Virus record (IMG/VR): IMGVR_UViG_3300005512_000097
Location: 1-40,281 of that record
Origin: a virus
Taxonomy: Duplodnaviria > Caudoviricetes
Length of the DNA stretch: 40,281 nucleotides
Strand: one strand, 5' to 3'
Shown here: piece by piece, positions 9,012-21,000 of the stretch
How the letters are laid out: the number at the start of each line of letters is the position of its first letter
How positions within the stretch are numbered: position 1 is the stretch's first letter
Position numbers and translations under genes: made by a program
The notes under the pieces: generated by a model
Told to the model about the DNA's origin: nothing
What the model saw: the letters and a program-made list of their open reading frames with translations, nothing else
The model's database searches: none

Positions 9012-9019
9012 TATTTATC
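9012..9019 (-). promoter_or_regulatory. T4-type late promoter (GATAAATA)
   Basis: Intergenic, upstream of SD AAGGAC and the 900-aa fibre start. Confidence 0.65.
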
Positions 9020-9025
9020 AACACA

Positions 9026-12000
9026 TTATTCTAATCTTTCTACATAGTCGTCCACTACATAGTCTGTTACCATATATTCACCAGCATTTAGTTCTGCTCT
9101 AAAATTAGGAATTTCTGCTTGACACGCATTAAGAAAGTTTGCATTTATAGTAGTAGATTGTTGTAATCCTAATCCGTCTGCAGCCGTGCCTGAACCTGCA
9201 TTGTACCAAGTATTTGTATGTGTATTTGTTGCAGGCAATAGTTGATCTTTTCCTCCATCAACTACTAAAAACCCTTCTGTTATACGTTGTACCATAGCAG
9301 TACCATTTGTTGCCCGTCTTAGTTTTGTAATATAATTTTCTGATAAGTTTACTTCCCAATAAGTAATTCTCTCACCACCTATAAAAACAACTCCAGGATA
9401 TTCACTTGTTGGTTCTACATATGGAAGTACACTTGCATCATTAACATATATCTTTGTATCTGTAGGAAGAGCAGGTAATACTGTAGTGGTAGTGTTATCT
9501 TTACACAATCTTAAATATTCTATATTTCCATTCATATCTTGGAAAATTCTAAATCCTGTGCTAGATGCCATTGTGTTTTCATTTATATGAGTGGCAACTA
9601 TTACACTACTTGCAGTTAAAGTAGCACTAATAACTTCACTCATTACTATTTCATTATTTTCTACAGAAAATTCTCCAGGATGAATTCTTAATCCATTTAA
9701 TGTAACCCAAAGGTAAGCAGTATCAGTAAGAGTTCTATCAAATTGATATCTGCCTCCACCAGGGTCTCCTTCATATACTTTAGTTTGTATACGCAGTGGA
9801 TCGTGATTTGAAAAAGTATTTACACGCATTACACTACTGCTTGTAAAACTTACACTACTATCTATTGTAATTTCTGTACCTGTAGCACTTATTATATACT
9901 CTGCATCTGCATTATTATATACAATTACTGTATCACCATTTGCTGGCGCAGTTGTCATTGTTACAAAATTAGTACCTGAAGTCACAGTAAAATCTATATC
10001 TCTTACACCATTTAGTGCAAGTCCTGTAGTTTTGCTGATTACTGTCACTCCTATGTCATTTATGTTTCCTATTGTTGCTTCGCCTGCAGTAATAGAAATG
10101 TTATATTGTGTTGTTGCGCCATCACCTGTATAGTATGCACTATTTGCAGGACGCAACCTTACATTATCTATTTCTACTACTGTATTTCCACTAAAAGGTT
10201 GTGCATAATTTACTGTGTTATCTAAAGCATATGTGAATGTACCCGAAGTTAGTGTTGTAGTTTGTAAAGCTATCTTTGTTGGTGCATCTCTATCTGTTTC
10301 TTGACTATACACAAACGCATGTATGTGAGCTCCGTTTCTTGGAGGTGAACTAAAAACAATAAGCGTCCTATCATCCTGTTCACTTACTGTTACACTAGTC
10401 TCTACGCCATCTACAAATACCAGTGTTTGTTTTGTTTGTGCTGGTGTATTTCCTAAAAGGAAATTTACACTACTTCCGTCGCCTATTTCTGTATAATCAC
10501 CAATTAATTTTTCACCCACTTGACTATATGCATAGATATGAATAGAATCTGTAGCTAATATAGGATCAGTTAAAGTTACAGTCTTATCTGTATAATTTGT
10601 AGTGAAATTGTATATTCTTAAGTCATTTTGATACACAATTATATATTCATAATCCTCAGAACTTTTTGTAGGATCTCCATATTGAAAATCTCGTTGGTTT
10701 ACTGTAGTGCCGGTAAGTGAAACATAATCACCTTCAATATATCCAGGTTCAATGAATCCTTCAGAAAAACTATCAAGCAAGTTACTGTAAGAAGTATGTT
10801 GTATCTGTGGAGACCCTCCATCTACTTCATAATCATGACTTGGATGCGTATAAACTTCCATATCAAGTGTATCATAAACTCTACCAGGTATAAGCTCTTC
10901 AGGTGCATGACTATTGTAAGTATCAACAAATCCTGCTCCATCTACAATAATACTTTCAGGTTCTATACCTAAATCTACACTAAAACCTGTGCCTCTAAAA
11001 ATAGTATCTACGCCTGCAAGTACTTCAAGTCCTTCTTCATCGATTTCTATATTATCAAATGCAACAATATCAAAATTACTACTATCAAATCCTGGATTTT
11101 GGTCAAAGCCAGGACCAGTAACTTTATTTCCTAAATAACCTGTTCCCTTTTGTAATAATTCTAAATCATCGCCTATCATACCTGATGATGGATAATAGTA
11201 AGCATGAATTCTATCAGCAGTAGTTGTAAAATCTTCATCTGCTTTTACAGTAAGTACAACAGTTCCACTTGTATTTTCTACACTAAATGTTGACCCACTT
11301 GTAAAACTTTCTGTAACAGTATAAACTTCTTGTGTTAATGTTGTAGTGTTTTGATATGCTACGATGTCACCTGCAGTGTATGCAGTATTTGCTGACCAAT
11401 CTTTAATATCACTTGAGTAAGTAATACGATCAAATTTAATAGTAGTATCAAAACTTCTTACTTTGTTGTTAACAAGTCTTGGACTTACTAAAATTCCTGT
11501 ACCACTACCTGTGACTGTCACAGTAGGTTCTGAAGTATACCCACTGCCTTTGTTAACCATCGTTATACTAATAATAGCATCACCATTTGTACGGGCAGTA
11601 GCAGTTGCTTGTACACCACCTGCTAATTGAGGAGCACTAATTGTTACTGTAGGATTTGTAATATAGCCTGATCCAGCATTTACAATGCTAATACTATCTA
11701 ATATATAGCCATAGTTCTCACTCCATGGTTTATTAAGACCTTGTGTTTGTAATACTTCATCTCCGCTATAATCCCCACTTGGACTACGGAAAAAATTTAG
11801 TTCGTCATCGTAAAAAGAATGTAAATCGAAGTCTGTAGTATCACCATCGAATGAGTCTATCTTATCATATTTGCTAACGTACTCTCTTATTACAGTTTTA
11901 TAAGGCTTTACTTCCTCTATAAAATTTTCTATAAATGTTGTATTATCGTACTTGAAAGTATTATATTGATCTAAACTGCGTAATTTATGAGCAACCGAAA

Positions 12001-15000
12001 TAAAACTACTTTTAAAAATCCAATCATTAGTGAATGCTGTTTCGTTAAGTGCATACTCCATTAATCTAAAAAACAATTCATTCATATTAATTTTGTAGTT
12101 GTCTATAAATAAATCGTTCTTTAAAGCATCAAATATTTGTCGAATTTCAAGTGTAGGTACTTTATCAAAACTTCCAAAATCAAAACCATCATTATCAAAT
12201 CCTGTAGCTTGAAAGTTAGTGTTTCCAGTAGCAAAACTATATAAACTAGAATTAAATTGTAATGTGCCTTTTTCAGTTATAATTTGGTTCCAAGTGTTGT
12301 CATTTAACACAAACATACTCATGTCCCCGGAGTCATTACTAATAACTTTTGCTACATCTCCCTGTGTTGCAGTTGTCAAAGTTTGCAGATCTGCCTCTGT
12401 AGATACTTGAAAAGTTGGCACTGTGGTACTATCATATCCATTTGCATAGTACGTTGTATATGACCAATAGTCTGCAGTATTATATCCCTGGACATTTGTT
12501 AATAGCCATGATTTATCAGCTTGTAAAGTATAAACTGTCCAATAATTACTATTATTCTCATCTTCTAATACTAAAACTTTATATCCTGTATTAAGTATTG
12601 CAGTGTTTAAATAGTTTCTTTCTGCTAGTGTATCAACACTTTTATTATATTCACCACTGTTTACTGTAGGGATATTTTCACTACTTAACAATCTTGTCAT
12701 TGTTGAATTTTTTGCAAAAGGAGCAGTTTTAAAAATCTTATTACAGTACTCAACCATAACTTTTAATGCATTTGCTCTATTCACAAACATACTCTGTCTT
12801 GGTTGTGTTAATACACCGTATTTTTCTACTTCACTCAAAAACGGATCAGGTACAATATTGCCAACACTATCACTGCCTGCCAAACTATCTAATAATTTAT
12901 TATAAATTCTGGTAGGTATATCTTGATCTGTGTTGCCTTTTCCAAATAGTTCGAACTCACTGTGTAATACACCTTCGTTTTTTACAACATCGTAATTTAC
13001 ACTAAACACAGTATCATTGTCTGAAAAATAATTTTTACAGTTATAAAGTGCTACTGCATCTCTATCTAAAAATGCAACATAAGGTAAACCTTGAGCTTTA
13101 GGATCTTCTATCAAACTACGTACACTATCTGCACTTATTGTTCTAAACTCTGCTTCAGTAGGAATACTTGTTCTTCCACTTACCCAAAAATAATATCTAA
13201 CCTGTGTACTATCAGAAGAACTATTATAAACATTTGCTACAGTGAAAAGATTTTCATTTTTTACTATTCCTTCTCCTGTATATTCACTTGGTGGCACATT
13301 ACTTTCAATCCATTCATAAACATCTATTGTACTTCCAGGAAAAACAGTTCCCCAATAATTTTTACGATAATCTAAATCACTTTGTTCAGCGTTTAAATAA
13401 TGCACTGTACTTGTATCCCACCATAACCTATGCTTATACTTGTAACTCCACATATTATTTGCATACATTGCAGGATCTGAATTACTGACATAACTTAGTT
13501 CAGCGTTTGCAACTCCAGCAATTTTTCCTTTAGCAGGATCAATGTAATCTAAAAATACACCTATTTCATTTGTCTTTTTATTGTACAATGCTACACGATT
13601 AATTTGTGTTACATCAATTCTATCTGTTTCATTCCTGATAGAAGACCAACTACTGGATCTTTCATCATTGTTAAATTCATAAACACTACCACTATTAGTT
13701 AATGTAACTGATCCACGTATTACAGTATCTGATGGGCTACCAACATATATTCTACTATCGTTAAATGCTACACTAAAACCAAATTGGTCTGCAGTTGCAA
13801 CATTTGTTGTTGTTAACTGTTGACCGAATACTAACTTATCCGGATTTTCAATAGTTGCACTATTTGCATTTAGTAATTCATAAACGTATGCAGCACCACT
13901 CTCTGTTCTCTTGTCTGTAAAAGTAGTACCTTGTGCATCAAACGTTGTAGTAGCATCTAAGTAATTTTGCTTATTAGTATCTGTTTCAATATCAAATCTT
14001 ACACTTAAACGTGTACTTGCTTTGTCACTACTGGCAACTAAATTTCTTGTGCCTCCTAATAGTGTAATAGGATTTATATACTTGTCAAACGCAACTGCTC
14101 TACCAAAATTTTCATTTGGTGCACCGTGTGGATGATTTATTTTTTGTGTAAACTTAAATATTTCAAATACATCGTCTCTTGCAAACATCTGTCCTGTGCC
14201 AGGAGCAATTGAAAGTTTATTAAACTCTTCTGTATTTGTAGATGTAATTATTATTGCACCACTAGCATTAACACTTGCACTAACTCCAGGAATGCTTGCT
14301 AAATTTATATCACTTGCTAAGTTAGTTGGGTTGTCTGCACTACTTGTTACAGTAATTAATCTATTATCAATATAAAATGTATCACCAGAAGTTTGATTAT
14401 GAGGTGTATTTGTTATAACTGTTCCATAGTTCTTACCACTATCCTGGAATATAAAAACACTACCGGTATCTATATCTGTCTCATCTTCGCCCGGACTACC
14501 AATAGCAACCATTGTGCCTCTGCTATCTATAGAAACACTATACCCAAACTGTTCTCCAGTAGTTGGTGTCTGCCCTGTTACATTTTGATCTATTTTTTGT
14601 TTCTCAAAATATGTACCAGTGTAAACAACAATTCTAGCACCTGTTGCAGGAGAATATTTAAATGTAATTGTATTTCCAGCTCTTAAATAAAATCCATCAG
14701 TGCTTCCATCATTGTCTGTAGGTACGTCTGCATTGGCTGTCTCTGTTTGCAATATGCCATCAACTTCTACAAAAATTTTTGTTTGTAATGTTTCCTGTGT
14801 AGTAAATGCTTTTGTTGATCCATCACCACTAAATTGTTGTACAACCTGTGAATAAATCGAAACCTCGCCTGCATCTGAAATTACTGCACTATCTCCACCT
14901 GCAACACTAGCATTAGGAGCTCCTATTACAATATTTCTACCATCATAATCACAATCTATAGAAAATCCATAGTTGTCACCTGACATTGCATCAAAAGGAT

Positions 15001-18000
15001 TAATTGTATCAACTAATGCAAAATAATCTTGTTGTCTTACAACAATTTGTAGTAAATTAGCAGGAGCAGAACCAAAAGTTATTTCATTAGCTCCAGTTAA
15101 TGTAAAATCTTTATTAGGAAGATAGACTTTACCATTTTGATCAACTAAATTTAATGTTTCTTGACTTATTGGATTGAAATTTATATTATATGATGTAGAG
15201 GTATCACTAGTTATTGTATCAACTTTAACACTTGATTCAGGAAGAGTCACTAAAGTATATGCATAAACAGTATTGTCGCCCGGTGCACCAACAAATAAAT
15301 GTCTACCGTTTCCACTCATTACCATACTTGTACCATAACCAGCAGATCCACCTAGTCCACTTGGTCTTAGTGCAGGACGTCTATTTAATGTTCCTGTTGC
15401 ATCTACATAGTATATAAAAACTGCACCTGCACCACTTTCTGTATCCGGTGCACCTACTGCTACATAGTCTGTGCCTACAGCTACTGCAGAGCCAAAACTA
15501 TCTAAGCTATCACCTATTGTGGCATCTGTTTTACTATTGCCTTCTGTTAACGCACCACTTTCAGCACGTTTATATGGTATAATTGCTCCAGATCCTTGTT
15601 CAGGAGCTCCTACAATTGCAAGTGTTCCAGTTGCATTTATTGCAACACTTGTGCCTAAGTTATCACTTGCTGTAATACTTGCAGTTGGTTTTATACCAGT
15701 TGTTGTCCATGGTCTTGTATTTTGTAATACACTCCATTTACCCTGTTGATCTTTATCTATCCATACAATTTCGTTATTATCCCACCCATTAATAGGGGTA
15801 TATGAACTTAGATCACTTGCTTGTGTAAACCTAACATTACTAAGTCTAAACATAGGAATTTTTACATCTTGTATATCTGCTTCAGTAGTAGCATCTCTTA
15901 TAGTAAATGAATTTGGACTTGATACTTCAAATACTTTAGCAACTTTTCCAATTGGTTGTTGAGCCCTGATTATTACAAAGTCATCTTTTACTAATCCATG
16001 ATTTATATCAGTAGTGTAAATTAAATAACCGTTTCCTGTACTTTGCACAGAAGTAATTATACTAAGCGTTTCATCAACCCTACGAATACTCCAAGTGTTA
16101 TTTGTATCGGTAGCAGTCCAAATCTTATTACCTTTACCTAAAACACCTATATTTGAAGACAAGTTTTCAAGTTGGTCTGCATTAAAAGCAGTGTAGTTTA
16201 CATCATCTAACCTAGCATAACCCGCAGTAACTAAATCATTTTTTGTAATGCTATTTGTGCTTCTTATTGGAAAAACATTACCATTATAATTATTAGGTAC
16301 TCTATATAAATCTTTTTGTTGAATGTGATAATGACTATCGTCTGTTAATGTGCTTAACTCTCCATTAGCATGATAATGAATTACAACTGGATTATTAGTT
16401 GCACTTTCCTCAGGTATTATATTTTCTATTATTTGATTACTATCTATACTTCCGTATTCGCCTACTCTAAATGCCCATTCTTCAAAATAATCTATAGTCT
16501 GGTCTAAGTTTGTAAGTTCTGCATCTATAAGTTTATTAATGGCAGATCCTGTACCTTTTTGTTTTATCATACCTTGATAAAATTTTACCTGACTAACATC
16601 GTCTAATCCTAATCCTTGTAAATAACTTTTTTGGTTAAATCCAATTGTACCTTTACCTAATTTGTCGACACCATCTTCTAAATTCAAATTGTCTATTTCA
16701 AAGAAGTCTTTAAACTGCCCTGCTTTATTTGCTAAGTTCTTTATAAGTCCTGTCTGCATATTATTGATAATATGCCAATCATCAAACTTAAAAATATTAC
16801 TTCCAGTGATTTCATATTTTGCAGAATAAGTTTTATTTTGGAAACTAACAATATCTCCTTTTTTATAATCTACATATGATTGCCATAAATTTATTTTATC
16901 TTCATTTAAGAAAAATCCAGGTGCATGAAGTGTACCATTCCAATTTCCACTTTTTGCTCCAATAAGTTTCAATCTATCATGTCTATTTCCTAGCTCTGGT
17001 TGGAAAATAACATCATTGAATATAGTATTATTACTTAAAACAATAGCATGTTCATACTGTATTGGATCTAACTGTACACTATACAATTGTGTGTTTTCTG
17101 CATCTAATATTATTTCTATAAGATTATCAATACGAGAAACATCATAGAATTTTGGATTTATTATACTACCGTTGGCATCTTTTGGATTACCTTTAAGCGT
17201 AATATCGTCGACAGTTGAGATAGCTCTGTTTAATTTAAGTCCTTCACTGAATGGACTTAAAACTATTACACTATTTGTTTCCCAATTTTGATCTGTCCAA
17301 AATGCAAACTCTTTTGCTCCTGTTACAAAATCATTCTTTTCACCTCTTGATGTTATACCGTCAAATATAAAACCTTTACTTAACAAATATCTTTGGTAAC
17401 TTACTAAGAAATCAAAAACCTGTTGTTTAGTAGTAATTACTGTTCCATAAGGAATATTAGCAATAACATTTTCATATTGTTGAAATTCAAAAAATGTATT
17501 CTGTCCTACTGTATGTTCAAAAGGATTAGAAGTCTTTGCACTAGGAATAATTTTAAAAAATGGATTTTCTGTATCATATCCTTGTAATTCATATCCATTT
17601 TGTCTTTTTATAATTTGTACACCACTATATAATATACGTTCCAGTGGTAAACTCTTTTTAAGATAAATGTCTATGTTTTCATCCGGTATAAAAATGTTTT
17701 CACTCTCGCTACTAGGTGTGACACTTTCTGCAAGAATTTTTAAGTATTTTTTATCTGTAAATCCTGCAATTCCGTAGCATAAGTTTAATGTTAAGTTTCT
17801 GAATTTTAAAACAGTATCATTAATACTAAATCCTGTGCTTCTTATATATTCACTTATAAATTGGTTATATCCTTCTACAATTTGAATTGTGCCATCAGTA
17901 AGTGTTGTACCGTGCATCTTTAAATCAGTTAATGTTGGTCTATAACTTTTTCCTGTTTGTAGTATTTGATCATATTCTGCATTGTATTCTAATAAGTTTG

Positions 18001-21000
18001 TGTCAAACATTAATGTACCATACTTTGCAGGTCTTAAATTAGCTGCTAATATTTGCATTACAAAAGGATATTCACTACTGCGAACCCAAGCAGTTTCTGC
18101 AGGACTACCATCACTAAATGCCCAAGGTTCATTATTGTTTGTAATTACTGTGCCTTCAGTCAAAAATTCGCCAGGTGCTCTTAAATTTCCTTGTGGATCA
18201 ACTGGAATAATACGCAATAAGTCAGGACGTTTTCTACTTGTTACAATTGTAAATGTAGTTCCTGTAGCATCACTGTAAAGTTTTCCATCACGCAAGTCTT
18301 CCCATAATACTGTGTTACCACTAGTATAAGGTGATTCACCATATCTGTCATCCCACCAAATGGGCTTTACACTTAATCCAAGCATTTCCCAGGGAGTTGT
18401 ATGTGGAGTATCTGTATCATAGAACCATCTATATATCCCTCTCCAATACCCTGGAATACGTTCTCTGTTTAGTATGTTTACACTAGTTGTATAGTTCCAT
18501 GTGAATAAATTTGTATTATCTGTTAATGTATTTTCTTGTGTTCTAACTTTATTTTTTAACGCCCATTCACCATAGTAACTTCTAACAATGTTATTTGCTT
18601 CATTTAAGTTATTTAGAATACTGCGAAAATATCCAGGCTTTACTTCTGCAAAGTCAAATAAATTGGATTTGTACTGCGTCTTAATGTTGTTATATACACG
18701 TTTTTCAAACTCTAAAACTATATCATCTCTAATATCATTATAACCTACCCAAGTACTTCCATCATGACCTTGTATAACAGTTTTAGCAGTTGTATATGTT
18801 GAATCTGTATATTTGGACGGTTCAAATTTATAATATAAGCCAAGGGAACTAGGAGTTGGAGGACAAAAACTTCCGTTTGTATTTGTATATTCAACAATTG
18901 TTATTGTATCATTTACTGAAAGCCCAACGTTACTAGTTCCTAAATTATTTGTTGTAAGTAGAACTTTTGCTTCTACTTGATCAAATCTATAATCTCTACC
19001 TTCTACTAGTAGTGTTGTATTTTTGTATACAAGCACTGCTCTATTAGATGGCACAGTTAAATCGAATTGTGTAGTAAACTCAAATTGAGTTTCTGTAGAG
19101 TCATCTATTGTATAAACTGTTTGACTTTTTTGTGATCCCCATGGCAACGTATCACTATAGTAAAAAGGAAAAGTACTTGTCTTTTTTCCTGCCATGTATA
19201 GAATTATATCATCGACACATTTACTTGGATTTGTTAAATCTAAATCTAATTTGTTTATATTATCTATAAAGTTATTTTTAAATTTTGTATATTCATTTTT
19301 AACAAAATTAATACTCTTTACAATGTCAACTTGATCATTAGTTAATCCATAAATTGGGGTAATAAGACCAGCACTGTGTTGCATTATATTACCAGGGTAT
19401 CCTCTGAAATTTTTATCTCGTAAATTACTTGAACCCGGAGCAACACCTGATAAATCTTTTATGTATGTACTAAAAGTTGTTACGTGATTACGCATTTGTC
19501 CTAACGTTAGCGTACCAAAAGTAGCATTTGCTGCATTATTTTCTAAGTTTCTAGGAACTTCATAAAAACTATTCGTTGCTTTTGTATTACTAAAAAATTT
19601 AATAGTAACTGTATCATTAACTGCAAGTTTATTTGTAAAAACAACATATTCTCTTTCACTTTGTACTAAATGTGTGTACTTAGTTGGCACAATGAACTTA
19701 CCATTTACAAAAACTTGTAAGGGTTGTATTACTTTAGTTGTGTTAACACTGGCACCTATCTCAAAACTATATAATTCATTAGCAGTGACATCATATGATA
19801 CTATTTGATATTGTACACTTTGTTCTAGAACTTTAGTCCATCCATTATATAAAGATCTATTTCCTTGAGAATCAAATTGGTGTACATGTCCACTTTTTAC
19901 AATTACATTTGTATTTCCAGTATTTTTTGTATATTGAAATTTGTCTGAATCAAAATTATTATCAAAAACAATATCACCTAATGTACTAAAGTTCTTATAT
20001 GTAAGTCCAAAATCTAAAATACTATCAGGTGCTGCTGATCCATTTCTTTTATAACTAAAAAGTTTATTTCCTACAAAGTTACTACTAGGATACTTTGTTT
20101 GATCACTAAAACTAACATGATCAGGGTCAAAAACATCAAACAATGGGTCTTGATTAATACTGGTTTTTTGTTGTGCAGTTTTCCATATTGTTCCATCAAA
20201 CCAAAATTGTTTACCTTGATTGTTTGCACCGAGAGTGCTTAAAACACAATCTTCATCTGACACACTAGCTATTTCAACAAGATTAATAATTGGGTCTGTG
20301 GTACTGTTATCATCTTGGTCAACAATATCTACACGATAAATTTTATTACTAACATCTGAATCTGCATCTGCAGAAAATATTACTGTGAAATCTTGTTGTA
20401 AATTTATACCATCTGCAAAATAACCAATAGAACCATTTACGTTACTAAATGCATCTGTCTGTGTAGTATCTACTACTGTTACAGGTGCTTTGCTTGTAGT
20501 ACCCATATTGTAAAGTTCTAGTCCACCATAAAATTCAATAATAGGTCTCTTAGCTCTAGCACTATCATCAATTACTGCAGTATAATCATTATACCTAGCA
20601 GTTGCTTCGATTACCTCTCTATGGAACCAGCGATTTCCTCTACTCCATGCATTCCTGTCTGGACTACTACGATTTATTAGAATATAATCTTGCGTTGTAG
20701 GAGCATTTAATGTTCCATCCCAACCGCCTGAATCATAAGCAACTGTATCAAACCCATCACTTGTGCTAATTGTATAACTTTCAGGAGTCAACAATTCATC
20801 AACGGGCGTTAATGTAATGCCTTGAGGTTGTCCAACACCTTCTACAAAATATTCTCTATTTGCATAGGTAGACGGTGTTACATCACTGTTAAATTCTACT
20901 TTTAGTCCGTTTGTAAAACTTACTAAGTTATTACTTGTATATACTGTTTTTCCTATTATATCATTTTCTATATCAATTGGACTGACTTGATCAATTTCTG

